Assembly: GCA_021158105.1 (NCBI GenBank)
Contig: JAGGVH010000038.1
Location: 11,387-75,386, forward strand
Direction: 5' to 3'
Origin: Candidatus Micrarchaeota archaeon
GTDB lineage: Archaea; Micrarchaeota; Micrarchaeia; Anstonellales; JAGGVH01
DNA: 64,000 bases
Within the stretch, counting starts at the first letter, position 1. Each line of letters opens with the position of its first letter. This document shows positions 28,502 through 37,930 of this stretch, in pieces. A program made the translations under genes and the position numbers. Under the pieces are notes generated by a model. That model saw only the letters and a program-made list of their open reading frames with translations, made no database searches and was not told where the DNA came from.

Positions 28502-29113
28502 TTGCCAACAAAAGAAGACGTCTTAGACAAGATAAAAACATGTGACAACGTTTACCCACCAAGAGAGGATACATTTTTGATGCTTAAAGCTATTGACAAA
28601 TTAAAAAATAAAATCATGGGTAATGAGAAAATAATTGATATGTGTTGTGGCACGGGAATACTGGGGATTTATGCATCACAATATGTCAAATCAGTAACTT
28701 TTGTTGACATATACAAAAACGCAATAGAATGTGCAATTGAAAATGCAAACTTGTTCAACACCACTGGGAAATTTATACAGTCAGATTTGTTTGATAAAAT
28801 AAACAGAAATGTAAAGTTTGACATTATACTGTTCAACCCCCCATACCTGCCAACAGACGAAGATACAAAAATAAACGGCCCGTTCAATATAAACTTGGAC
28901 GGCGGGCCAGACGGCAGGAGAGTGATTGACAAGTTTTTAGAGCAAGCGCCACAATATTTGTCTGAAAAAGGCAAAATATTAATGTTAGACAGTTCATTGG
29001 ACAACACAGAGAAAACAATTGATAAACTGGCAATGCATGGGTTTAAAATAGAGATAATACTATCACAAAGTTTTTTCTTTGAAAAACTCAATGTGATTCT
29101 GGCAGAAAGGTGA
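28502..29113 (+). CDS. HemK2/Mtq2-like (release factor glutamine) methyltransferase
   Basis: VYPPREDT, DMCCGTG, FNPPYLP, LDGGPDGR, FFFEKL. Confidence 0.88.
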   Translation: MPTKEDVLDKIKTCDNVYPPREDTFLMLKAIDKLKNKIMGNEKIIDMCCGTGILGIYASQYVKSVTFVDIYKNAIECAIENANLFNTTGKFIQSDLFDKINRNVKFDIILFNPPYLPTDEDTKINGPFNINLDGGPDGRRVIDKFLEQAPQYLSEKGKILMLDSSLDNTEKTIDKLAMHGFKIEIILSQSFFFEKLNVILAER

Positions 29114-29119
29114 GGCAAC

Positions 29120-29860
29120 ATGGAATATTTACTAGTCGAACCCGAATTTCCCATCAACCTTGGGTCAGTTGCACGAGTGCTAATGAATTTTGGGATTAGG
29201 CATCTTCATATTGTAAACCCGAAGTGTAAGTTGGATGATAAAGAAGTCAAGATGTTTGCTAAGAAAGCCTATTCTTTAGTCCAGAACGCTAAGGTTTATG
29301 ACACAATGGACGATGCAATCAATAAAATCAAACCTAACCTGGTCATTGGAACTACAGGTGTGCATGACAGGTTCAGAAAAGGGATAATGAGAAAAAATAT
29401 AGCTCTCAAGGATGCGAAGGCAAAACTGGAACGTAAAGGCAAATTCTTAATAGTATTCGGAAGGGAAGGCACAGGACTGAACAGGCATGAGAGCGGGCTG
29501 TGCAATTTTTTTATCACTGTTCCAACTTCTAACAAATATCCTGTCATGAACCTTTCCCATGCCGTTGCAGTTGTAGGGTATGAATTAGAATATGAAAACG
29601 TTGCCAAGAAGAAAAATAAGGTTAGAAACATTGACAAGGTAGGCAACATTAAATACATCTATAATATGTTCAACTCATTTGTTGACGTATTAGCCGGAAA
29701 GACAAGACTTAGAAAAAGCAATAAGATCAAACAATCTTTTAAAAATGTAATATCGCGTGGCATGCCCACCCCAACAGAAGCTAATTCCCTGATTGCAGTG
29801 TTCAACAGGGCAAAAACAGTCATAGGAAAAGAATTTAAAGACAACCCGGGAAAGAAATAA
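29120..29860 (+). CDS. trmJ: TrmJ/LasT-family SPOUT RNA methyltransferase
   Basis: LVEPEFPINLGSVARVLMNFG, VFGREGTGL, YPVMNLSHAVAV. Confidence 0.85.
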   Translation: MEYLLVEPEFPINLGSVARVLMNFGIRHLHIVNPKCKLDDKEVKMFAKKAYSLVQNAKVYDTMDDAINKIKPNLVIGTTGVHDRFRKGIMRKNIALKDAKAKLERKGKFLIVFGREGTGLNRHESGLCNFFITVPTSNKYPVMNLSHAVAVVGYELEYENVAKKKNKVRNIDKVGNIKYIYNMFNSFVDVLAGKTRLRKSNKIKQSFKNVISRGMPTPTEANSLIAVFNRAKTVIGKEFKDNPGKK

Positions 29861-29861
29861 C

Positions 29862-30215
29862 ATGTTATCATACCTTTCAACAGAACATAAGATAAGAGTA
29901 ATGGAGAAGGTATTAAGCAAACTTGCAAATGAAGACAAAGAAATTGAGACATTAGATGCCAAGAAACTTGAATCGCGGCTCAGTAAATACAATAAAATGT
30001 TGAAGTTGTACGAAACAAGGATTTCACAACATTGTAAAAAGATTGTGAAAGTCTCGCCACCCAGCAGGGTAAACAGACATGTTGCATCAGTTGTTGCATA
30101 TTCTGAAATAAGAAAACGGTTATTAAGAATGATCAGAAAAACCAAAAGGATGATAAAATTAAGAGAATCAGGAAAACCAGTCAACCGAAGAGGGATAGCA
30201 AAATATCTAAAATGA
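29862..30215 (+). CDS. Hypothetical basic helical protein
   Basis: 117-aa K/R-rich ORF starting 1 bp after trmJ. Confidence 0.55.
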   Translation: MLSYLSTEHKIRVMEKVLSKLANEDKEIETLDAKKLESRLSKYNKMLKLYETRISQHCKKIVKVSPPSRVNRHVASVVAYSEIRKRLLRMIRKTKRMIKLRESGKPVNRRGIAKYLK

Positions 30216-30269
30216 GGTTTCTTTCTTTTAAAAAGAAAGAACATTAAAATCTATCATGAGGTGGTATGT

Positions 30270-31553
30270 ATGGAAAACTATCTTGAAATGTTAAAAAATG
30301 GTGAGATTAAACCTTACATGTTAGACCAAATCATATTCGACAAATTAAAAGAAAACATGGATGATAATGACGCATGGCACGAAGCATGCAAAACAGCATC
30401 AGAAGTAAGGCTGAAATGGATAGAATATAAAACAGGCAAGACATTCAAACATATAAAACAATGCTACATCAAAACCGAACTTGAAAACAAAAGATTGACA
30501 GGCATTGAAAATAAGATAGGCGGGATTTCTATCCCTTTGGGGTTTACAGGCCCTGTCAGGATTAACGGCGAATATGTAAAAGGCGAGGTCGTCATCCCTT
30601 TAGCAACAAACGAGGCCGCCCTCATAGCAGGGAACAATAGGGGCGTGTCAGCTATTAACATGTCGGGCGGCATCACAACTGTACTCACAAGAAATTGTAT
30701 GACGCGCGCGCCGGTTGTTGAACTCCCAGACATTAAAAGCGCGCGCGACCTTGTAAACGAAATACGCAACAAAGGTGGATTATATAACGAACTCAGGAAA
30801 ACTGTTGAGGAAAAATCAAAATACACTAAACTGCTGGATATCCAACCGTTCCAGATGGGCAGGAGGGTATGGTTAAGAAATTCGTTCAGCACTGGAAACG
30901 CAATGGGCATGAATTCTGTTACAAAGTATTCTGCATCAATACTTAAAAAACTTCAAGAACTCAGGCCAGATGTAACGGTTATCGCATTGTCCGGCAACAT
31001 GTGTTCTGACAAAAAAGCATCGCATGTTAATGTAATGTTTGGCAAGGGCAAAGGTGTAGAAGGTGAAGTTGTCATCCCGCGAGAAGTCATAGAAAAGGTA
31101 TGGAAAACAACCCCTGAGGCGATGATTAAAGTTAACAATATCAAAAACTGGCAAGGGTCTGCGTTATCAGGGACATTAACAGGGTTTAATGCCAACGCGG
31201 CCAACACAGTTGCAGCATTCTTTGCAGCAACCGGCCAAGACCTCGCACATGTTGCAACATCAAGCACATGTTTTGACATGCTTGAGATGGACGGTGACAA
31301 TCTAAGGTTTAACATATCACTTCCCAACTTAGAGGTTGGATCATTGGGCGGCGGCATGTTTTTCGGCACTGCAAAGGAATGTTTAGACATGATCGGATGC
31401 ACTGATGACGATGACGGTGAAACCAATGCTAAGAAGGTTGCAGAAATATTAACTGCAGCAGTTGCCGCTCAGGAGATTAACCTAATCGGTGCACTAGCAA
31501 ACCAGTTTGAACTTGCAGAATCACACGTCCGCCTTGCACGCGGTGAAAAATGA
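30270..31553 (+). CDS. hmgA: HMG-CoA reductase (class I, NADPH)
   Basis: IENKIG, PLATNEAALIA, GNAMGMN, LSGNMCSDKK, EVGSLGGG, and C-terminal catalytic His (ESHVRL). Confidence 0.93.
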   Translation: MENYLEMLKNGEIKPYMLDQIIFDKLKENMDDNDAWHEACKTASEVRLKWIEYKTGKTFKHIKQCYIKTELENKRLTGIENKIGGISIPLGFTGPVRINGEYVKGEVVIPLATNEAALIAGNNRGVSAINMSGGITTVLTRNCMTRAPVVELPDIKSARDLVNEIRNKGGLYNELRKTVEEKSKYTKLLDIQPFQMGRRVWLRNSFSTGNAMGMNSVTKYSASILKKLQELRPDVTVIALSGNMCSDKKASHVNVMFGKGKGVEGEVVIPREVIEKVWKTTPEAMIKVNNIKNWQGSALSGTLTGFNANAANTVAAFFAATGQDLAHVATSSTCFDMLEMDGDNLRFNISLPNLEVGSLGGGMFFGTAKECLDMIGCTDDDDGETNAKKVAEILTAAVAAQEINLIGALANQFELAESHVRLARGEK

Positions 31554-31579
31554 TTAAAAAATAAAAAGGTGACCTTTGA

Positions 31580-32566
31580 ATGATTTTTAAAAACTTGCAT
31601 ATGTTTGATGATGAATTCATTCCTAACAAAATCATTGGCAGGGAAAAAGAAATCTATGATATTTCATCTGCAATAAGGCCACTGTTCAATAAAATGCCCG
31701 GACAAAACCTATTCATATTCGGACCGCCCGGGACCGGCAAGACGTTATGCGCCAAGCATGTGTTAACCGAAATCTCAAAATCATCCAAAAAGATTTATCC
31801 TGTTTACATAAATTGTTGGGTTAACAGGACACGCCCTGCTATAATGTATAAGATCATGAAATCGTTGGGAGATTTTGTTCCCAGGAGAGGAATTTCGCCC
31901 GATGAAATGATTGACGATTTAAACAGGACATTATCAGATTCTTGGGGGGTAGTCATAGTCCTTGATGAGATAGACAAGACAGAGGATAGGGAGATATTGT
32001 ATGACATACTGAGGATGTTGAATACAAACATTGTACTGATTGGCATAAGCAACCTAAACAGTTTTGAGATTGACATTGATGACAGGATACTCAGCACCTA
32101 TTCACCAAAAAGGATTGAGTTTAAACCATATTCTGTCAACGAAATCAAAAAGATTTTAGAGGAGAGGGCAAAGTATGCACTTTCCCCTGGATCGTATAAT
32201 GATGATGTGTTAGGGTTATGTGCGGCAATAGGATACAATGCAGGAGGCGACGCGCGTGTTGCACTGAACGCGTTACTTTCGTCCGCAAAAGAAGCGCAGA
32301 TGAATAATATGGAAAAGATCACAACCGACATTGTTAACAAGGTTAGGCAGGAATTGTTTGTAAGAAAACATGTCAATGATTTAAAAGGTCTTGAGAAAAA
32401 AGTGTATGACTGTATAGGGAACGGCAAGACAAGCAGTGAAATACACAACCTTTTTCCTGATGTGACTGAAAGAACGATTCGCAACATATTATCAAAACTT
32501 ATCAACAAGAACATGTTGAAACGTATTAAACTAAACGGTAACAGGTACAGATATGTAAAAAGGTGA
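31580..32566 (+). CDS. cdc6: Cdc6/Orc1-family replication initiator (short)
   Basis: F.P..IIGRE, GPPGTGKT, YINCW, VLDEID, FKPYS, GDARVAL, and a C-terminal wHTH. Confidence 0.88.
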   Translation: MIFKNLHMFDDEFIPNKIIGREKEIYDISSAIRPLFNKMPGQNLFIFGPPGTGKTLCAKHVLTEISKSSKKIYPVYINCWVNRTRPAIMYKIMKSLGDFVPRRGISPDEMIDDLNRTLSDSWGVVIVLDEIDKTEDREILYDILRMLNTNIVLIGISNLNSFEIDIDDRILSTYSPKRIEFKPYSVNEIKKILEERAKYALSPGSYNDDVLGLCAAIGYNAGGDARVALNALLSSAKEAQMNNMEKITTDIVNKVRQELFVRKHVNDLKGLEKKVYDCIGNGKTSSEIHNLFPDVTERTIRNILSKLINKNMLKRIKLNGNRYRYVKR

Positions 32567-32571
32567 TTATT

Positions 32572-33030
32572 ATGGAATGTGAGATATGCGGCAAACATGA
32601 GGCGCGGTATGTTGTAATGATAGAAGGTGCTAAACTCAATGCGTGCCCGGTATGTGCAAAGGGTGCAAAGATCATCTCGGAAATAAAAAACAATGAATAC
32701 AAAACCAAGAAAGGCGGCAAACAATATGAAACTGAGAAAAACAAAACACAGATTGAAAAAGAGGTGTCAGAAGACTATGCAAACATCATAATGCAAGGAT
32801 TAAAAAATATGACGCTCTCGGTAGACGTGCTTGCAGAAAAACTTAACATAAAATATTCTTACCTCAACCACATCGTCCATGGTAAGATCATGCCAGACAT
32901 TAAACTTGCCAGCCGTCTTGAAAAGGAACTTAACATCAAACTTATTGAAGACGTTGTGATTGAAACCGGCGGGAAACAAAAAAAGAGTGATGACAGGTTA
33001 ACCTTAGGCGACATTATAGAGGTGGACTGA
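32572..33030 (+). CDS. Archaeal multiprotein bridging factor aMBF1 (Zn ribbon plus HTH)
   Basis: CEICG...IEGAKLNACPVC, an HTH region, and terminal LTLGDII. Confidence 0.88.
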   Translation: MECEICGKHEARYVVMIEGAKLNACPVCAKGAKIISEIKNNEYKTKKGGKQYETEKNKTQIEKEVSEDYANIIMQGLKNMTLSVDVLAEKLNIKYSYLNHIVHGKIMPDIKLASRLEKELNIKLIEDVVIETGGKQKKSDDRLTLGDIIEVD

Positions 33031-34064
33031 TGGGAGTTGACATAAGAGAACTTGTAACCCATAAAACTGTCACATTTGACGACTTAGCGAACAAACCGTT
33101 AGCGTTCGACGCGTTCAACATCATTTATCAGTTCCTAGCATCTGTCAGGCAAGCCGACGGTACCCCATTAATGGATTCTAATGGCAATGTCACAAGCCAC
33201 TTGTCAGGATTATTCTACAGGAACACTAAATTTTTAGAAGCAGGAATCAAACCCATTTATGTGTTTGACGGTAAACCTCCACAGTTTAAACGCACAGAAT
33301 TGATAGAACGGCAAATGCGAAAGGAGAAGGCAGAAAAAGAATTAGAAAAGGCCGCCGAACTTGAAAAATGGAAAGAGGTTAAGAAACTTGCAAAGCAAAC
33401 TATAAGGCTAACCGATGCAATGATAGAAGAATCAAAAGAATTATTGCGCGCAATGGGGATTCCCATTGTACAGGCACCGAGCGAGGGCGAAGCACAGGCA
33501 GCATACATGGCGGCAAACGGGTATGCATATGCTTCAGTGTCTCAGGATTATGACTCGCTCCTGTTCGGCGCTCCAAGGTTGATAAGAAACCTGTCAATAA
33601 CCGGCAAGCGGCATCATGTCCGCGGCGGGATTATTGAAATCAAACCTGAAGAAGTTATACTTGACGACGTGCTGAAAACACTCGGGATAACAAGAAAACA
33701 ATTAATATGGCTTGGGATTCTAATCGGGACAGATTTTAATGAAGGCGTGAAAGGCATTGGCCCGAAAAAAGGATTAAAGATTGTTAAGGAATGTAAAAGT
33801 ATTGACGACGTAATAAGGATTGTTTATGAGAAAAAGGGGTATGAGTTTATTGAGGATGTCAAATCAATCGAACAATTCTTTTTAAACCCGCCGAAAACTA
33901 ACAAATTTAAGACTGAATGGAGAGAAATCAACAAAGAAAAAATCATTAAGATATTGGTTGACGCTCATAACTTTTCATACGACAGAATCATGTCAACAAT
34001 CGAAAAACTTAACAGGATTCAAACTGAAATAAATAAACAAACCGGGCTGGCAGAGTTTATGTGA
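33030..34064 (+). CDS. fen: Flap endonuclease 1
   Basis: MGVDI, DAFNIIYQFL, VFDG, APSEGEAQAA, SQDYD, GTDFN, GIGPK, and PIP box QTGLAEF. Confidence 0.97.
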   Translation: MGVDIRELVTHKTVTFDDLANKPLAFDAFNIIYQFLASVRQADGTPLMDSNGNVTSHLSGLFYRNTKFLEAGIKPIYVFDGKPPQFKRTELIERQMRKEKAEKELEKAAELEKWKEVKKLAKQTIRLTDAMIEESKELLRAMGIPIVQAPSEGEAQAAYMAANGYAYASVSQDYDSLLFGAPRLIRNLSITGKRHHVRGGIIEIKPEEVILDDVLKTLGITRKQLIWLGILIGTDFNEGVKGIGPKKGLKIVKECKSIDDVIRIVYEKKGYEFIEDVKSIEQFFLNPPKTNKFKTEWREINKEKIIKILVDAHNFSYDRIMSTIEKLNRIQTEINKQTGLAEFM

Positions 34065-34072
34065 TTATGCAA

Positions 34073-34699
34073 TTACCTTGTCAGCTTGTCAGCAATCCTG
34101 TCAAGTTCTGCGCCCATTATGTCGCCCAAGGTTGTATTGACAACCACTGTCGCTGACACGTTTGACGGTGCATAAAACTGCGAATTAAGTTCTGGGAACG
34201 ATGCAATCTCAGCAGAAGTTAACAATGTCTGGTCAACATCTATTGACACTGGCGCCCCCGTCCTCTTATCAATCCCTTTCAACGTCCCTTTAATAGGAAT
34301 CGTAAAAGGAACGTATATTGACTGATTAGTAAAATGGAGTTTGATATCACCGCCAATTATCACTGGCTGGCTGGTGTCCATCTGAATGACAACTCTTTTA
34401 CTTTTCAATGCACGGATCTCTTGTGCAACCGATGACATATCATGCTCAGGCGTAACAGGCGGCGCCTTTGATAATGACAAGTATAATGATACTAAGGATA
34501 TCAACAGTGCAAGTATGGCTAATAACAATGTTAAATTAAACGGATGCTTCTTGGGCACAGTCGTTTGCGGTTCAAGTTTAGGGAACGGCGTTATCTTCTT
34601 CTTAGGGATAAGGTTTTCATACCTCCCCAAATTTGGCCTACTCCTAAGTCCACTACTTTGCACATCACTCTGCCCATCAGTCATAATACTACTGAACAT
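34073..34699 (-). CDS. Single-pass membrane protein, hypothetical
   Basis: One TM (LTLLLAILALLISLVSLYL) followed by a beta-rich domain. Confidence 0.6.
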   Translation of the reverse strand: MFSSIMTDGQSDVQSSGLRSRPNLGRYENLIPKKKITPFPKLEPQTTVPKKHPFNLTLLLAILALLISLVSLYLSLSKAPPVTPEHDMSSVAQEIRALKSKRVVIQMDTSQPVIIGGDIKLHFTNQSIYVPFTIPIKGTLKGIDKRTGAPVSIDVDQTLLTSAEIASFPELNSQFYAPSNVSATVVVNTTLGDIMGAELDRIADKLTR

Positions 34700-34747
34700 G
34701 ATTTATTTAAAAATCTTATGTATATGAAAGTATTGGGGGGTGAAGGT

Positions 34748-35377
34748 ATGAATATAAACATATCATCAAACTATAACATACTAGTCGAACAATTCAACAC
34801 TATAACATCAAACGTATATGGCAACTTGGCTGTCAACATCTTGGCACTTGCAGCTGCAATGTATATTGTATGGTACCTTTACAGAAAGATTGCTAAGAGG
34901 GACATGTTTACGTTTGAGAACAAAAATTATGGGGAAGGATTTACAGGTATAATAAAACAAATATTTTCAGTTCTCATTTATGTATTTAAATATGGTATAA
35001 TGTTTCCGTTGTATTCATTCCTAATGTTTGCATTATTATCTGTGAGCATCTTTTTCTTATCAACGGGCATGACTGTGCCAAATGTATTATATATATCAAT
35101 CATTATAATTTCAGTCGTTCGTTTGTTAGCATACATAAAAGAAGACACTGCACAAGAGCTTGCCAAGATGTTGCCGTTCGGACTAATATTCCTGGTGTTG
35201 ACACGGCCCGACGTTGCACAGCAATATGCCCTGCCAAACCTTGCCAACATAACAAACTCAATACCAACCTTAGAGCAATATATACTATTCCTGATAGGTT
35301 TAGAGTTTGTGTTGCGGGTGTTATACATAATCTCAGCAAACATATTAACCAATCATAAAAAAACCAAAAAGGACTAA
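34748..35377 (+). CDS. Multi-pass membrane protein, hypothetical
   Basis: About five hydrophobic segments. SD GGGGTGA precedes ATG 34748. Confidence 0.65.
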   Translation: MNINISSNYNILVEQFNTITSNVYGNLAVNILALAAAMYIVWYLYRKIAKRDMFTFENKNYGEGFTGIIKQIFSVLIYVFKYGIMFPLYSFLMFALLSVSIFFLSTGMTVPNVLYISIIIISVVRLLAYIKEDTAQELAKMLPFGLIFLVLTRPDVAQQYALPNLANITNSIPTLEQYILFLIGLEFVLRVLYIISANILTNHKKTKKD

Positions 35378-37890
35378 TATTCCTCAGTGGCCTTAACATA
35401 CCATGTGAACGCTTTGCGGACGTCAGTTGCCCCCAACTGCCCCGGTGATTCACAACGCCCCTCGCCCGTTGCCAGTACTGAATCAACAAGGTAGATTATT
35501 ATTGTGTTATCATTGGGGTTGCTACACAGGCAATCACTTGACCATGGATAATCATCATGAAGGTCTTCCAAACACCCATCATGATAATATTCACAAAATG
35601 TCAGGTATGCAACTGACCAGTCATAATCCTCAATATCTTTTATCTTAACAAAATAACGATCATTATCTTCTACCATCTCAGTCTCATACCATGACGCCCA
35701 TGCAGAACTTGCCATGTTTTCTGCCTTGTCATGCGCCTTAAACAAGTTATAAACTTTATCAGGGTTATCCCTGAGCCACTGGTTAAAATCTTTTGGGTTG
35801 AACCTGCTGGTGTCATGACTTTGCATATAAACAGCCCATAACATCCACGGGTCAACACCGTAAACGCTCGCGCTCTGGTACATCGGCCACATGTCAAACG
35901 ATGTCTGGTTATACTTATCAAACAACGTATCAAAGTCCACTGCATCAGAGTTTACAGTTTTTTCAAGGTTCTTGAGTTTATAAGTCGTTCCATCACACTT
36001 GTCCTTTGCATCACCGACATCATCGAGCATGGGCTCAATGCCCGTGGTGGATGTTAAATAATCATTGTCACTCCTCTTAGGTATGATGTGCCACTGGGTA
36101 ACATTGTAGGACCAGTTTACTACATCATCATTTTCAACATACCTGCTTATGTCCCTAAACATAAACTTGCACCCCATCGCACCGGACTCCTTTGGCATGA
36201 GCAGTCCGGACTGTGCATCCTTGCCACTCCAAAAAACTTTATACCCTTTGATTACAGGGACTGAATAATCATAAACTGTACCATTCCATGCAAACATTCC
36301 CTGCTCATGAGCAAGGTCATAATACGGGTTATACACTGAATACCCGTCACTCACTGCACTATCCAGAAATCCGCTCGGTAGTGACATTGACGGCATGACC
36401 AAACCCATCACACCTTTAACAGACATCGGGCCCACAGCATCAAGCCATGCCTTATTGAATTCTCTAATATCATCTTTGCTATAATTGCATCGCCCGCCCG
36501 GGTATCCCCCAGTATTGAACACCAGCAAAGGTTTGCCCCTTGTATCCTTGATATGTTCTGCCATGTCAAGGACATTAAACAGTTGGATATAAGGGTTGCA
36601 GTCGCCCGAATTATTATACTTCATCTGATAATTCTCAGTGGTTGCAATGCTGTCAACGCACAAAGATTCTGAAGGTGATGACAAATATTTTGACTGGATA
36701 TGGTTGGGCTCACATTTTTCAGTAATGTTAGGGTAATGATACCTTTGGCATGTTGATATCATATCATTTACTTCTGGGCTTGCAGCAGAACTGTTAGGCG
36801 CCAATATCTTCATGATATCGTCAACATCAGAATAATTAGCAAGCAGATTGTCTGATGATTTAACAGTATCAAGCGGCACATGAACAGTTATTATGCACGT
36901 GGGGCAGGCGCGTTTAAGGTTGACTGCGAGCGAACGGAGGTAACAGTATGCCTTTGTCATATTGTTAGCATTAAACTCTATGCCCGGCCCGATTACTATC
37001 ATCATCGGCCCCACACCCTTATATGGATACAACCATGTTGAAAACCGTGAACGGTTCATCTCATTGTTAACAGTTTCAACCGCCTTTGTAAGCGAATGAA
37101 TATGCTCAACCTGCTGGTCATACGTTGCACTCCCCCACCAGTCATAAGGCACAGCATAAACAGGTATGGCGCCGCGTTTCAGATATTTCTTAACAACCAA
37201 TGGTGAAGGTTTGGCTGCAAGGTGACCGTCACTGCCGACCGGTAAAAACTGCACTGCTATATTGTTGTATGTTGCAGGCGTATGGTTGTAAACGTCACAC
37301 CTTGGAATAGAATAACCATAAACGTCACACCTTGGATTAGAATAACCACTCTCATTCATTTCTAGATAAACATTTATAATATTACAAAATCTGTCTGGTA
37401 AAGGACCACGTACAGTCTCCATGGGGATGTCCTCTCCTGCGTTCATTATAGCATTCTCTGTAAACGTATAACCAGAACCCAACATAAAAATGCGCACATT
37501 TCTCATGTCTGGTGGGTTGGCTGTAAAACATTCCCAAACCCCATCACATTTATAATTATCATCCAACCAATCATCAAGTGTTTTAGGGTCGTACACATCC
37601 TGGACTGCAATAAGACTGCAACTGCTCTCTTTAAGTTCACCCCCGCTGAACAAACTCCCGAGACCGAATATCCCTCCACCGGGCTCACAGATGTAGGCAT
37701 AACACCCATGACCTTGGCACCGGTTTTCATACTGTGAAAAGTTTTTTGTAATATATTCATTCTTTGCCCATGCATCCGTAAGCATTTTAGATTGCCCGCA
37801 CATATTAAACTCTGACACACACCCGTTCAACAGGAGCAATACCAATATTGACAAAAACAACATTCCTTTATACATTGCCTTATTCACCAT
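35374..37890 (-). CDS. Cys-rich lipoprotein-like surface protein with C-terminal degenerate SLT-like domain; paralog of 14755-18639
   Basis: LLLLNGC lipobox-like motif. Blocks FMLGSG, IPVYAV, CPTCIIT, KPLLVF and GVMGLV. C-terminal YGVDPWMLWAVYMQSHDTSRFNP. Confidence 0.65.
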   Translation of the reverse strand: MVNKAMYKGMLFLSILVLLLLNGCVSEFNMCGQSKMLTDAWAKNEYITKNFSQYENRCQGHGCYAYICEPGGGIFGLGSLFSGGELKESSCSLIAVQDVYDPKTLDDWLDDNYKCDGVWECFTANPPDMRNVRIFMLGSGYTFTENAIMNAGEDIPMETVRGPLPDRFCNIINVYLEMNESGYSNPRCDVYGYSIPRCDVYNHTPATYNNIAVQFLPVGSDGHLAAKPSPLVVKKYLKRGAIPVYAVPYDWWGSATYDQQVEHIHSLTKAVETVNNEMNRSRFSTWLYPYKGVGPMMIVIGPGIEFNANNMTKAYCYLRSLAVNLKRACPTCIITVHVPLDTVKSSDNLLANYSDVDDIMKILAPNSSAASPEVNDMISTCQRYHYPNITEKCEPNHIQSKYLSSPSESLCVDSIATTENYQMKYNNSGDCNPYIQLFNVLDMAEHIKDTRGKPLLVFNTGGYPGGRCNYSKDDIREFNKAWLDAVGPMSVKGVMGLVMPSMSLPSGFLDSAVSDGYSVYNPYYDLAHEQGMFAWNGTVYDYSVPVIKGYKVFWSGKDAQSGLLMPKESGAMGCKFMFRDISRYVENDDVVNWSYNVTQWHIIPKRSDNDYLTSTTGIEPMLDDVGDAKDKCDGTTYKLKNLEKTVNSDAVDFDTLFDKYNQTSFDMWPMYQSASVYGVDPWMLWAVYMQSHDTSRFNPKDFNQWLRDNPDKVYNLFKAHDKAENMASSAWASWYETEMVEDNDRYFVKIKDIEDYDWSVAYLTFCEYYHDGCLEDLHDDYPWSSDCLCSNPNDNTIIIYLVDSVLATGEGRCESPGQLGATDVRKAFTWYVKATEEY
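37289..37348. repeat. 30-bp tandem duplication (2 copies, 1 mismatch) inside the lipoprotein gene
   Basis: TAAACGTCACACCTTGGA(A/T)TAGAATAACCA x2, encoding GYS(N/I)PRCDVY twice. Confidence 0.9.
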
Positions 37891-37930
37891 GCATACCACT
37901 TCACACACCATATAAAAACTCTAAACCCAA

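Noticed and set aside
31553-32566. Replication origin next to cdc6
   Set aside because: Only a 26-bp gap upstream and almost none downstream; no ORB repeats visible.
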